A DNA stretch of 63,872 nucleotides, counting the filler, from Octopus bimaculoides (taxonomy: Eukaryota), in NCBI RefSeq assembly GCF_001194135.2. It is 4 parts of 4 records of this genome, joined end to end, with 100 filler letters (N's around TTAATTAATTAA, not from the genome) between each part and the next. Parts side by side here need not be neighbours in the genome. Positions count along the whole stretch, not along the records: positions 35,420 to 60,801 come from NC_068988.1; 3 more parts are not named here. One strand, given 5' to 3'. Every line of letters begins with the position of its first letter. The stretch's first letter is position 1. This document shows positions 35,320 to 47,451 of the stretch, piece by piece. The notes under the pieces are model-generated. The model was not told where the DNA came from, did not search any database, and was given only the letters and a program-made list of their open reading frames with translations. The position numbers and the translations under genes are program-made.

Positions 35320-35881
35320 NNNNNNNNNNNNNNNNNNNNNNNNNNNNNNNNNNNNNNNNNNNNTTAATTAATTAANNNNNNNNNNNNNNNNNNNNNNNNN
35401 NNNNNNNNNNNNNNNNNNNTATATATATATATATATATATATATATGAGCAGTTGGACATTAAATTGAAGGCGCACTCATATGTTTTTAGTTGAGTACTG
35501 TACTTTTCAATTTTTTAAAGTAGAATGTTTGACAGTAACTCTGAAGTTTCAATTCACTAGTCGTCATCTGAATCCTGTTTTATTTTTCAAGCCTTATTAA
35601 ATAATATTTTTGGTAGTCTCTATAAGCAGAAGAAGGATAAAAGCTTGTTTGTTAAGGTGTGTGTGAAATCAAAGATCGTGGATCTAGTTTTCTGGTTTCA
35701 TATATGAAGTTTGTTACTGCTTGTGTTCAGTCAGTCTGGTATGTAAATCAAATTGTTAGAAGAAGAAGATCTGTATTGGAGTTCTATGGCAGGTATGTCA
35801 TATTCATATCACAATTTGCATTGGCTGGGGTTTTCTTATGACTGATAAAGAAACTCCGTATACATACATATAGTTAATGTA

Positions 35882-35921
<40 letters not shown>

Positions 35922-36039
35922 AACAAAAACGCAATAGAGTACAATAAAACATTCAGTTGGATTAGTTGGCATTCCCTACACTTTAGTTATCATTTAGTGA
36001 GAACTTACAGTGTAACCGATTGGAGAAACATTCTGTGTA

Positions 36040-36680
36040 CATAGTCCACTTTGTGAGTTACCTAAAGTGTTACGTAATTTGGTTTGTATTTGTTAATAAA
36101 ATACTTTTTTTATTATTTCATTGCTGTTCTGTCATTGAGTTGCTGCGCTTGCAGAACAGAAAGACAGAATCGTTGGGTAAGACCCTCTACCCACAGATAC
36201 CTATATATTCAGTCAGGGGTATTTTTCTTGTGAATGGTTCCAGAATTTGTTGTCGGTGTACTATTATTCTTTTTCTTAGTGTCGTAGCCGTTTATCTGAT
36301 GTAGTGTTCTCAGCAACATTTACATATTATAATTTAGATTAGATTGTCCAAATTGCAGTAGAATTTGTTTAAAAGAAGTTACCTCTTTAAAATGGAATTC
36401 GGGAACTGGCAATAAGTAGCTACATACTCCAACGTTTGTCCGATTACATTTACTTACTTTAGGTTCAGCCGTTTGAGCATATAGCTTTGCATTGAACAGT
36501 ATCCATTTCAGTGATTTTTGGTTGCCTCTTGCATTTTATATTTGGATGTTTTTCCAAGACACCCATTTTTTGGTCCTGTAGTAATTTTGATAGGTTTTAG
36601 ACAGGTATTGTTAAAACATTCGGTGTTTCTTGGGTTAAAAATGCACACACAATTAAATCTAAATTTGATCGACAACAATA
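36040..36680 (-). mobile_element. PLE C-terminal GIY-YIG endonuclease region, degenerate
   Basis: FNPRNTE..PKVSKCNRTNVGVCSYL..EHYIR*TATTLRKRIIVHRQQILEPFTRKIPLTE..IIKKYFINKYKP (shifted frames). Confidence 0.75.
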
Positions 36681-37067
36681 AACCCGATTAACAATACATA
36701 GACACGCAAACACACATATCTGTCTTATCTGAAGAATTTATAGTCAAATGAATTAACTCGATTTTTTTTATTAGAGCTTGGTACTTATTCTATCAGTGTC
36801 TCTTGCTAAACTGTTAAGTTGCATGGAGGTAAACAAAATAAAAAATTGTTCAAGCAGTGGTGGGGGACAAACATAGAACAGAAGATTACATATACACACT
36901 CACACACATATACACACATGCACACGCAAATGCAAACACATACACACAAACACATGCATACATATACACACACACACACATTATATCATGGATTTAAGTA
37001 TAACAAAAACGGTTAAATGTTCTCTTGTCATGTTCATCCACATTGCATTCAAGTCTCTCTTACTTAC

Positions 37068-37204
37068 CGTTAGGTTCATCCAAGCCTTCTGAGTTTAATT
37101 GGGTAGATAGACACTGTGTGTGAGTATATCTGGGAAGCTGTGAACCTTTTGCAGTCAAAACAAGGGTAAGAGAAGCAAAGTTGATCATGATGTCTTGAAA
37201 TTGA
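37068..37204 (-). CDS. Gene 3 (unidentified) candidate exon (S)QFQDIMINFASLTLVLTAKGSQLPRYTHTQCLSTQLNSEGLDEPN
   Basis: actttatttcacag| acceptor, ACG|gtaagt donor; open only in phase 2 to 1. Confidence 0.55.
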
Positions 37205-37229
37205 CTGTGAAATAAAGTCTTAAACTCTT

Positions 37230-37620
37230 GCTCTCTTTTAGCTGTTAGGTCCTCCAGTACAATCTGCACAGCAGACAATGACCCTTCTCCAAACATCTCA
37301 CATGCTCCTTTTCCTCCTGGCACCACTCAAGCTAACACGCATTGCTATCATGTCATCCCAAAGATGTACTGTGCCATGTATTCCTTGGTCTTATTGGTTG
37401 TTTTTCTTTCCTCCTTCTAGTGTACAATCCATCACAATGCTAGCATGTCTCTCGTTCTCTAACTGAAGTACATGGCCTATAAACTATATCCGATGCTTAG
37501 TTATCATGTCCTGCAAATGTCCCCCATACCAGCTCTTCTCATCATGTCTTTGTTTCTCACTCTGTCCCGGTAAGTGATATCCAGGATTGAATATAAGCAG
37601 TGTTGATAGAACATGTTTTG
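37230..37620 (-). mobile_element. LINE 3' end (RT C-terminal region)
   Basis: ILDITYRDRVRNKDMMRRAG..FIGHVLQLENERHASIVMD..RPRNTW..ggaggacctaa. Confidence 0.75.
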
Positions 37621-37639
37621 CATTCATAATATAATGGTT

Positions 37640-37845
37640 TCAAATTTTAGCACAACGCCAAGATTTTTACGGAGGGGGTAAGTCGATTACACCAACCCTT
37701 GTGATCAACTGGTACTTATTTTATCGATCCCAAAAGGATAAAATGTAAATTCGACCTCAGTGGAATTTGAAGTCAGAATGTCAAGAGGAATCAAATGCCA
37801 CTAACCATGTTGTCTGGCACAATAATTCTGCCAACTCGCCACCTT
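37640..37845 (-). mobile_element. SINE family D (gtcgactttgcctttcatcctttcggggtcgataaaataagtacc-type core); other copies near 8967-9062, 23020-23130, 32010-32110, 39840-39960, 60270-60468
   Basis: ggtacttattttatcgatcccaaaaggat..tcgacctcagtggaatttgaagtcagaatg. Confidence 0.75.
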
Positions 37846-38034
37846 ATAATATAATATAATATAATATATAATAATATAATTTATTATATGATAATTCAAA
37901 AATCTAACCTCATGACAATGATCATGATGATTTTACTTGTGAAAACTCAACCACTTACATGTTAATACCATAAACAGTTAAACTAATTGATCAAATAGCT
38001 TGACTCTCACAAACGATTATTAATGGGAATGCTC

Positions 38035-38159
38035 GGCATCATTACCATTATCATCATCACCCTCCCCCTCTTCCTCCTCATGATGATGATGATCATCATC
38101 ATCAACATCGTCATCGTCATCATCATCGTCATCATCATCGTCATCATCATCGTCATCAT

Positions 38160-38190
<31 letters not shown>

Positions 38191-38250
38191 AGCAGCATCA
38201 TCATCATCATCCTCATCCTCATCATCATCACCATCGTCATCGTCATCTTT
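38035..38250. repeat. Compound (ATC)/(GTC)/(AGC) trinucleotide repeat
   Basis: Direct reading. Confidence 0.95.
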
Positions 38251-38289
38251 CTTATCAGAATCATCTGCTGAATATCTTGTAGTAACGGT

Positions 38290-38500
38290 GATGATCAGGA
38301 TTGTCTCTGCTCAAGCATGCTTACAATGACATTAGTGCACGGTAGTTTATGTTTGTAGGAGACTTTAATATGCGCTGTGACAACTACCTCGATAACCCTA
38401 TGACAGACATTGCTGATATTCATAGACAACAACACACTGACTGCCTTAGTTTACAGCAATTTGTAAATAACTAACAGGAGGACTTCGTTCTCAATCTTGT
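38290..38500 (+). mobile_element. Degenerate LINE endonuclease fragment (CR1/L2-like)
   Basis: MFVGDFNMRCDN..QQFVNN..LNLVL motifs. Confidence 0.4.
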
Positions 38501-38527
38501 TTTAATGGTCCAGCCTGCAGAAGTTGT

Positions 38528-38830
38528 GAAGGGACGTGGCTTAGTGATTATGGTATTCGGCTCACGATCGTACGATCATGAGTTAAATTCACTTGAGCAA
38601 GACACTTTATTTCACGCTTCTCCAGTCCAATCAACAGGCAAAAATGAGTTGTACCTGTATTTCAAATGGCCAACCTTGTCACACTCTTTGTCATGGTGAC
38701 TCTCCCCCAGAATTACATTAAGGGTACACGTGTTTGTGGAGTTCTCAGACACATGCAAATTAATTTCCTGAGCAGCCTGTTCCGTTGATCGGATCAACTG
38801 AGGCCCTCGTCATCGTAACCGACGGAGTTT
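38528..38830 (+). mobile_element. SINE family E
   Basis: gtggcttagtgatta A-box-like; cttgagcaagacac; gcagcctgttccgttgatcggatcaactg..gacggag. Confidence 0.85.
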
Positions 38831-38864
38831 CAGTTTACCTGCAGAAGTTACAACCCTAGTTCAC

Positions 38865-38927
38865 CTGGATACTGCAGACCATAATCCAGCTCTGGAAAAA
38901 TTGAATGTTCCAGTATAGCAGGGTAAA
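38865..38927 (-). CDS. Gene 3 candidate exon (S)LPCYTGTFNFSRAGLWSAVS(S)
   Basis: Long tract tttttgttttccttttgtatag|, CAG|gtgaac donor; 63 nt; all three frames open, phase 2-2 chosen to fit neighbours. Confidence 0.5.
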
Positions 38928-40785
38928 CTATACAAAAGGAAAACAAAAACACCAAAATTTGGTAAGGATACCAAAGTTTCCCTATTATAGGACTGAACTC
39001 AAATCTATTTGATTGTGCACAATCTTCTTAACTTCATCACCATATCTGCTCTAAACTTGATTATATTGATCTAAAGTAAAATCTAAGGCCTATTTGAAAT
39101 TGTAATCATACACTGCTATTCTTTGATTTAGACGAGATCAATATTTATAGCAAGACTAAATATGTTCGCATACATATATTACTTGACATCTATTGTCTAA
39201 GACTTACAGTTGTGATTATATGCTTTCTTTTCTTCACTTTCTTTTTAATTTCTTTATTTGGCATTGAACAGAGAATAAGAAATTACATTATGCAATAATC
39301 CCTTTGGTTTTAACTCAATAGTGTGATTTGAAGGAGATTTCGTTGCTCTTTCTAACAGGAATAACATCCTTATTAAAGCCACATCGTTGGTTATCTCATA
39401 TTCTTTTCATATTCTACAGGGATGGTGACTGCAACATTTCATAATCCAGTATGTTTTTCCTGCTATTAAGACAGTAGGATTTGATTTAAGAGGATTTGGT
39501 TGCTGCTTATTGCAAGTCAAATAACTACACAGAATTTCCCTCATTGGCTCAATAATGTCAGATGTATAGTTTAATGAGTATTTAACCTATAATAATAGTA
39601 GTTTCTAATATAAATAAATAATAATCTAAGACAAATACCTTATTCATCAGAGATGAGTACCTGTGATTCAGTGGGGACTAAGCTGACTATAACAACAATA
39701 TAAAAAGAGATACCAAGTCAAGTCCTCAGGTTGATATCATCTACTATACTGCTCCACTAAAGTTTCTGATCTTCTGCTTTAGTTACAAATCAATAATTTA
39801 GGGGTTAAATAAATTGCAAACTGTAGTGGATCAGCAAAAACTATTCCAGCTTTGGGCAAAATGCTTTGCAGACTTTGTTCAGCCCTTTACATTCTGAGTT
39901 TGAATTCTGCCATGGTCAACATTGCTTGTCATCCTTTTGGGATGATCAAAATATAGTACCAATATAATGTGTTAGAGTGATGGGACTATTAAGGTATTGG
40001 ACAAAATTCATTACTGACAAAATGTGTATTTCAGTTTTTAAAGCTAGAGTACTTTGGCAAATTTGGTAAACTTATCTGTATCTGATTAACAAATTGATCT
40101 CTTACAAAAAATATTCAAAGGAAGATAAGAGGAAATCCTTTTGTATTCTCCTTTGAAAAATTCCATGACAAATAGACAAATACATAACACTTATGACGGA
40201 TGTCACCAGGGTTTATTAACTGACCTGATAACAACATCTACTATTATTAAGAACTAAAAAGCACTAATGTAATAGAGGTCAGTTCAATACTGTTTTCATC
40301 ACTTGTTTTAACGTCTATTTTCCCCTACATTGGATAGATCAGGTTTACGGCATACCTTTCGCCTGATACTTTGTCATTTAATCTGTGAGACATGACACCC
40401 TGGGTATGACCTGTCTACTTCATCATTTATTTCCAGAACTGTACAAATCCCTCTGCAATAATGAATTTCAACTGACAATATGTGGCCACAATTTTAAGTT
40501 TGATACCTATCATCTCTGCTCAACTCATTTAACACCTCTGCTCAACTATTGTTATCATCTCCTTTTCTTTCTCCCTCTGTCAGTCAAATGTGAAGAATCA
40601 CATATATCCTTTAACAATGCCTCCAAAACTTATGGCATAAGTGAGTTATGAAGATATCCCAAACCAGAGAACAGGTCCAATAGATTGCAAGACTGGATTC
40701 CGCTAAAGTCATTAGAGGTACATGTTAGGGGCAAAACTGGACGGTGGATTAAGTCTACCACCCAACAAGACTATGGTTGGCACTC

Positions 40786-41152
40786 CGTCGGTTAGGATGA
40801 CGAGGGTTCCAGTTGATCCGATCAACGGAACAGCCTGCTCGTGAAATTAACGTGCAAGTGGCTGAACACTCCACAGACACGTGTACCCTTAACGTAGTTC
40901 TCGGGGATATTCAGTGTGACACAGTGTGACAAGACTGACCCTTTGAATTACCAGCACAACAGAAACAGGAAGTAAGAGTGAGAGAAAGATGTGGTGAAAG
41001 AGTACAGCAGGGTTCGCCACCATCCCCTGCCGGAGCCTTGTGGAACTTTAGGTGTTTTCGCTCAATAAACACTCACAACGCCCGGTCTGGGAATCGAAAT
41101 CGTGATACTACGACTGCGAGTCCGCTGCCCTAACCACTGGGCCATTGAGCCT
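40786..41152 (-). mobile_element. SINE family E, well preserved with tRNA-like head
   Basis: On -: ggaggctcaatggcccagtggttagggcagcggactcgcagtcg..gatttcgattcccagaccgggcg (A and B boxes). Confidence 0.9.
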
Positions 41153-41224
41153 CCTCAACAAGACTATAATAGTACCTGAACTGAGAATGCAGAATTGGAG
41201 CAAATGTCACAAGGTATCTAGTGT

Positions 41225-41625
41225 AATGTTGCTACATCATCATCATCATCATCATCATCATCACCGTTTAATGTCCGTTTTCCATGCTGGCATGAGTTAG
41301 ACGGTTTGATTGGAGAAGGTAAGCCAGAGAGCTGCACCAGACTCCAGTCTGTTTTGGCTTGGTTTCTATGGCCTGATGCCCTTCCTAATGTCACTCTACA
41401 GATTGTACTGGCTGTCTTTTACATTTCACCAACAAGGATACCTTTTATGTGACACCAGAATGGATGCCTTTCCCATATCATCAGCATGTATGCCTTTTAC
41501 ACGTCACTGGCACCGGTACCTTTTATGTTCCACTGGCACTGGCCACGATCACAATTTCACTTAGCTTGACGTATCTTCTCAAGCACTGCAATTCGCCAGA
41601 AGTCTTGGTCACTTGTCATTCACCG
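41225..41625 (-). mobile_element. RTE-type 3' tail element
   Basis: (cat)n caccgtttaatgtccgttttccatgctggcatgagttagacgg..gatgcccttcctaatg. Confidence 0.75.
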
Positions 41626-41639
41626 CTCTGGATTGGTAC

Positions 41640-41682
41640 CTTGTGGTTCTCGTTATCAAATCCCAAAGAACGAAATGCAAAA
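41640..41682 (-). CDS. Gene 3 candidate short exon (L)LHFVLWDLITRTT(S)
   Basis: cttcatgttgctgttag| acceptor, AAG|gtacca donor; 43 nt, phase 1 to 2 bridges the 50427-50344 and 38927-38865 exons. Confidence 0.4.
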
Positions 41683-42389
41683 CTAACAGCAACATGAAGT
41701 AAACTCAGTGTGCAGAGAGTCAGAACAAATATCACAGCATGAGTCTCATTACTCTGTCGATTTGCTATTTGCATACATCATGTGGTGCCTAAACTGCCCT
41801 ATCCACTGACAACGTATTTCCAACTATTTAGTTTACAAAATAAAGAACTGCTTTGAAGCACTTCAGTGTTATACATCAGTTAAAGAGTGGCGTTCATTGG
41901 TGGGGAAAAAGAGAGTGTCCAGCTAACTATGGCAGCAATACAAAAACCGGTATTTAGACTAAAACGATAATTTATCAATATGTCAAGTGACCGAGAGTGA
42001 GGAATGAAGTGGAGGTGGATAGAGTTAGAATACCTCCCTCACAAAAAAGTAAAACAAACGAAAAACATATCAAATAAAAAATAAAATAAAATCCTCTTTA
42101 ATTACAGAAGTAATCTTCTTGAAAGGAAACATTTTTAGATGTTGAAAGAAAAGGTGATTAATTGGATAAAATGATAATAAGTAAAGACAGAAAAAAAAAA
42201 CTATGGTGTATAGTAAGTTGTTAAAAAAAATCTCACAAAAAACAATACGGAAAAATAATAAGGAAATAATAATAATAATAATAATAATAATAATTATAAT
42301 AATGTTAACAAAGATAAATTGATACTTATGCGGATAAACAGACAGATAGGCAAGTAAATAGATATGTAGGTGTGTATGAAGGCAAAAAT

Positions 42390-42477
<88 letters not shown>

Positions 42478-42728
42478 GGCACACATTCAATCTAACACAG
42501 AGACTGATGGAGCAACAAAGAAGTGAATAGAAAGAGAAATAAAGGTTATATATGTGTGTGTGTATACATACATACATACATATGTATGTATATGAATATA
42601 TGTATAAATCTCTATACATAATACATATGTATATTTATGTATACATATTTAAATATATATGTGTATGTATATATATATATATATAATATATATATGTATA
42701 TAAATGTATATATGTGTGTATATATACA

Positions 42729-42761
<33 letters not shown>

Positions 42762-43014
42762 ATATATATATATATAGATATATATATATATATATATATT
42801 ATATTTATTTCTGTATGTATAAATACATATATTTACAAATATATACCTGTATACATATACATATATATTATATATGTAAATATATACACATATACATACA
42901 TACATACACATATACATACATCTATATATGCATCCATAGGCATATAAATGTGTGCGTGTATTTATATATACATGTATATGGATGTTTATATATGCATATA
43001 AGTGTTGATGTATA

Positions 43015-43073
<59 letters not shown>

Positions 43074-43701
43074 TTAGATATTTAGATATGTATGCATCTA
43101 TGTGTGTGAATGTAGATGAGTGTATGTATATATATGTATGTATGTGTATGCATGTATGTCTATGTGTGTGTACTTAAGATAAATATAGAGTGAGTGAGAA
43201 GGATAGAGACACAAATAATCTGATGAGTGAAGCTGAAAGGAACATGATTGTGTTCGATTTTGGTGATAATTTACCATAATCTTTAAACACTGATGAAGAT
43301 GAATCGGACATTTCCCTGAACACAACCGTTCATTGATGAGAAAAGATGAGAAGTAAAAGTAGTTGTCTCTGTTTAGACAAACTATAGGTCACATCCCCAT
43401 ACCACTACCATCAATCACATACTGATACCAGCTCCGTATCATCGTTATTGTCATCTCAACATGGCCACTATTAACTTCAATTTTACTGCAATCACAACCA
43501 CCACTACCACCACCATTGTTACTAAACCTATTACAACCATTGGCCATATATATATGTTCATAGAAAAACACTCATGCACCCACACATCCATTCTTCTTTC
43601 TCTCTTTCCCTCCGTCTCTCTCTCTCTCTCTCACACACACCATTCTTTTTATTCGTTTCAGTCACTGGACTCTAGACATACTGGGGTACCATCATGTGGG
43701 G

Positions 43702-44030
43702 CAGTGGTTCTCAACCGTTTTTTGTATATGGACCCCTTTGATTACTATTTTATTAGGTGCCCCACACACAAAGCCATTTGATGTTTAAAAACTAGGTTTA
43801 TACATCTTTTAAAATTTCTATTTTGTTATTCACACATTAACGTGCATTTGTTGGACTCTGTAAGAATGTTAGAGAAGAAACCGATCTGTTTCTTGCAATA
43901 CATCATTTGAATCAAAATGGACCTTTAAAATACTATTGTGGAACCCCAGTTTACTATGCTGCTTGCGTGGACGCCCAAAATTCTTATAAGGATTCCCAGA
44001 GTTTATATGGACCTCGGTTGAGAACCACTG
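43702..44030. mobile_element. hAT (Charlie-type) MITE, 329 bp, inserted in an older SINE
   Basis: Perfect 15-bp TIRs cagtggttctcaacc / ggttgagaaccactg; flanks atgtgggg and atctaggg (6/8 match, eroded 8-bp TSD). Confidence 0.85.
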
Positions 44031-44377
44031 ATCTAGGGTTTAGTCTATCAAATTAACCCTTGTAGTTTTAAAGTCTGGTGCTTAAAATAAGGACGGGAAT
44101 TATTATGCTCTTTGTATTTGTTTTTCACTACTTGATGACTGATGTTGGTTTATTTGCAACCCTACATCTAAGTGAAATGATATGAAAAGATTGATAGGGT
44201 ACACTTTTTGCCACAAAATTACGTTATGGGGGACGCAAACAAGTCAACATTTGTGAAGCAGTGAGAACCATATTCATACGCATGTACACACATACATGCA
44301 CACACATATTATTTTATTCTTTTATATGTTTCAGCCTTAAGGATGTGGCAATGCTGTATGTATGTATGTATGTATAG

Positions 44378-44540
44378 GCGCTCGAGTGGCTGTGTGGTAA
44401 GTAGCTTGCTTACCAACCACATGGTTCCGGGTTCAGTCCCACTGCGTGACACCTTGCGCAAGTGTCTTCTACTGTAGACTCGGGCCGACCAAAGCTTTGT
44501 GAGTGGATTTGGTAGACGGAAACTGAAAGAAGCCCGTCGT
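44378..44540 (+). mobile_element. SINE family A, CpG-rich copy
   Basis: gtggctgtgtggtaagtagc..ggttccgggttcagtcccactgcgtg..ctcgggccgaccaaagc..gacggaaactgaaagaagcccgtcg. Confidence 0.9.
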
Positions 44541-44541
44541 A

Positions 44542-44576
<35 letters not shown>

Positions 44577-45534
44577 NNNNNNNNNNNNNNNNNNNNNNNN
44601 NNNNNNNNNNNNNNNNNNNNNNNNNNNNNNNNNNNNNNNNNNNNNNNNNNNNNNNNNNNNNNNNNNNNNNNNNNNNNNNNNNNNNNNNNNNNNNNNNNNN
44701 NNNNNNNNNNNNNNNNNNNNNNNNNNNNNNNNNNNNNNNNNNNNNNNNNNNNNNNNNNNNNNNNNNNNNNNNNNNNNNNNNNNNNNNNNNNNNNNNNNNN
44801 NNNNNNNNNNNNNNNNNNNNNNNNNNNNNNNNNNNNNNNNNNNNNNNNNNNNNNNNNNNNNNNNNNNNNNNNNNNNNNNNNNNNNNNNNNNNNNNNNNNN
44901 NNNNNNNNNNNNNNNNNNNNNNNNNNNNNNNNNNNNNNNNNNNNNNNNNNNNNNNNNNNNNNNNNNNNNNNNNNNNNNNNNNNNNNNNNNNNNNNNNNNN
45001 NNNNNNNNNNNNNNNNNNNNNNNNNNNNNNNNNNNNNNNNNNNNNNNNNNNNNNNNNNNNNNNNNNNNNNNNNNNNNNNNNNNNNNNNNNNNNNNNNNNN
45101 NNNNNNNNNNNNNNNNNNNNNNNNNNNNNNNNNNNNNNNNNNNNNNNNNNNNNNNNNNNNNNNNNNNNNNNNNNNNNNNNNNNNNNNNNNNNNNNNNNNN
45201 NNNNNNNNNNNNNNNNNNNNNNNNNNNNNNNNNNNNNNNNNNNNNNNNNNNNNNNNNNNNNNNNNNNNNNNNNNNNNNNNNNNNNNNNNNNNNNNNNNNN
45301 NNNNNNNNNNNNNNNNNNNNNNNNNNNNNNNNNNNNNNNNNNNNNNNNNNNNNNNNNNNNNNNNNNNNNNNNNNNNNNNNNNNNNNNNNNNNNNNNNNNN
45401 NNNNNNNNNNNNNNNNNNNNNNNNNNNNNNNNNNNNNNNNNNNNNNNNNNNNNNNNNNNNNNNNNNNNNNNNNNNNNNNNNNNNNNNNNNNNNNNNNNNN
45501 NNNNNNTATATATATATATATATCCGAGTTCGCA

Positions 45535-47000
45535 TGACTGTGTGTTGAAGAATATATTCATCAATGAAATTCCAGCATAGTCTGATTTTCACGTTTCGTT
45601 ATTTATAATGTTTGCAATTTCACAACATTATAATAATAGAATATTATATATTCATTGATAAAATTAGTACTTTAATGCTTTACGCAATCATCAGGTTTAT
45701 GTAGTAGTAGTGACAGTCGTGTTCTACAATTGACAACTCTAGTGAAACAGCTAAGTTTTTCCTTTAAATACCTTCCAATAGGCTTCAGCAGGCTGAATTT
45801 ACGAACTGAATTTCAATCAACCAGTATATGGCATAGATATGTCCCGGTGACATCTAGCCACGTACTTATTGATCGAAATACAGTTCGAGCCTATTTGGCG
45901 CGCTCGCCAAACCGTGTGTGTGTATATATATAATAGAATAAATCAAAGAATATTATTTGGTATAATGCTCCATTCAGATATTCAATAGCTACCAATATTC
46001 CTCGTAATTTCCTTGCTGCACTAGACAAGTATTTCTCACCTTCAAGTAAATATGGAAAAATTATTATTTAATCGCCATAGTATAAAGTTTTCATATTCAA
46101 CTACGAGAAATTTAGATTAAAATAACACACAATAAACACAGATTTAGGAATATCTCAACTCAAAATCTATAAACAAGAGTAAAATTGATAATGTGTATTA
46201 TGAAATTAATTCTAATGATAATTTTCCTGAACTAGATTACTATTCTTTATGTAAAAGTAATTTTGAATCTGATAATACAGTTACGTTAACGCCTAGTTTT
46301 AATAATAATTATATTCATAATAATCCTACATTAACACCTAATTCTGAGAGGAGGACTAGTAGGAATTCTTTCAACCATGGGTACCAAATACAAGTGAATA
46401 ATTACCTGTGTAATTATAAAAACAAAGTTTCCTGCTCTGTAGAAAATCAGTATTTAAGGAAAGATATAGTCTATCAGCGTAAGGTAATAACAAGGGATCG
46501 TAAATTTCTACATAAGTTCATCTGCTACAATTTGTAAATCTAGATTTCATGATAATTCTCATCTATTAAAGTATAGAAGAGAAGTTAGTTCTACTCATCG
46601 TAATAAATACATTTGGGATTTAAAAGGTGGGAACATTAAGTGCGATTTAAAGTGGTCTATTTACGCTCCGTCGTACAGTATTGGCAATTCTACATGTGAT
46701 CTTTGCCTTGAAGAAATGTATTATATAATTACTTCTAAATTAATTTTAAACTTTAATAGGAATCTTACAATGTAATGTTGCCACAAATTACGGAAGATGT
46801 TTAAATATTTCAGTGCTGAATTATAATCCCTTTTCATATGTAGTATAATTAGCATAATTTTTCTTAAAACATCTGCTGTATTTGATAAATAAATAACTAA
46901 TTGTCGTGACGTAAAATCTCTAATTTTCTAATTATCGTAACATAAAATCCTTGCTTTTATTGTCTATTCTTTCGTTATCCACTGACGTCACCAATAGCTG
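45535..47000 (+). mobile_element. PLE 3' portion (thumb plus GIY-YIG region), degenerate, second lineage
   Basis: KNIIWYNAPF..ATNIPRNFLAALDKYF..FNRHSIK; CNYKNKVSCSVENQYLRKDIVYQ.KV..NKYIWDLKG..KWSI..CDLCLEE. Confidence 0.85.
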
Positions 47001-47451
47001 AATAGAGAAATAACTTATCTTCGATTATATTTCTTTTTAACGTTCTTTTTGTATGCGTTCGTGTAGTGCAAATACTTCCTTAGTTCACTTTGATTTTAAT
47101 TAATTTTGAATCACCTTGAAAACGTTGTGTTAACATATATTTTCTGAAATATTTATTTCAATGATATTTTCTGTTTCTAAATATGTTAATACAACAGGAG
47201 CAATTGTCTGCTTTGAAAGGTGAATCATACAATTGAAGATGTGATTTTCTCTATACGTATTTTTGTTATGTATGTATATATATATATATATATATACACT
47301 ACAACACACACACACACACACACACATACACACACACACGCATATATATGTGCCCACATATGAATACATACATACATTCATACATGAGAAGCCTTTGACA
47401 TTTTCTATCTAAAGGGATTTTAGAGATTTTAACCGAATATTTACATGGTAT

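Noticed and set aside
37205-37326. 5' part of the 88-aa ORF 37060-37326 (MVPGGKG...IVLEDL)
   Set aside because: Overlaps the 3' end of a LINE; the better acceptor is at 37204
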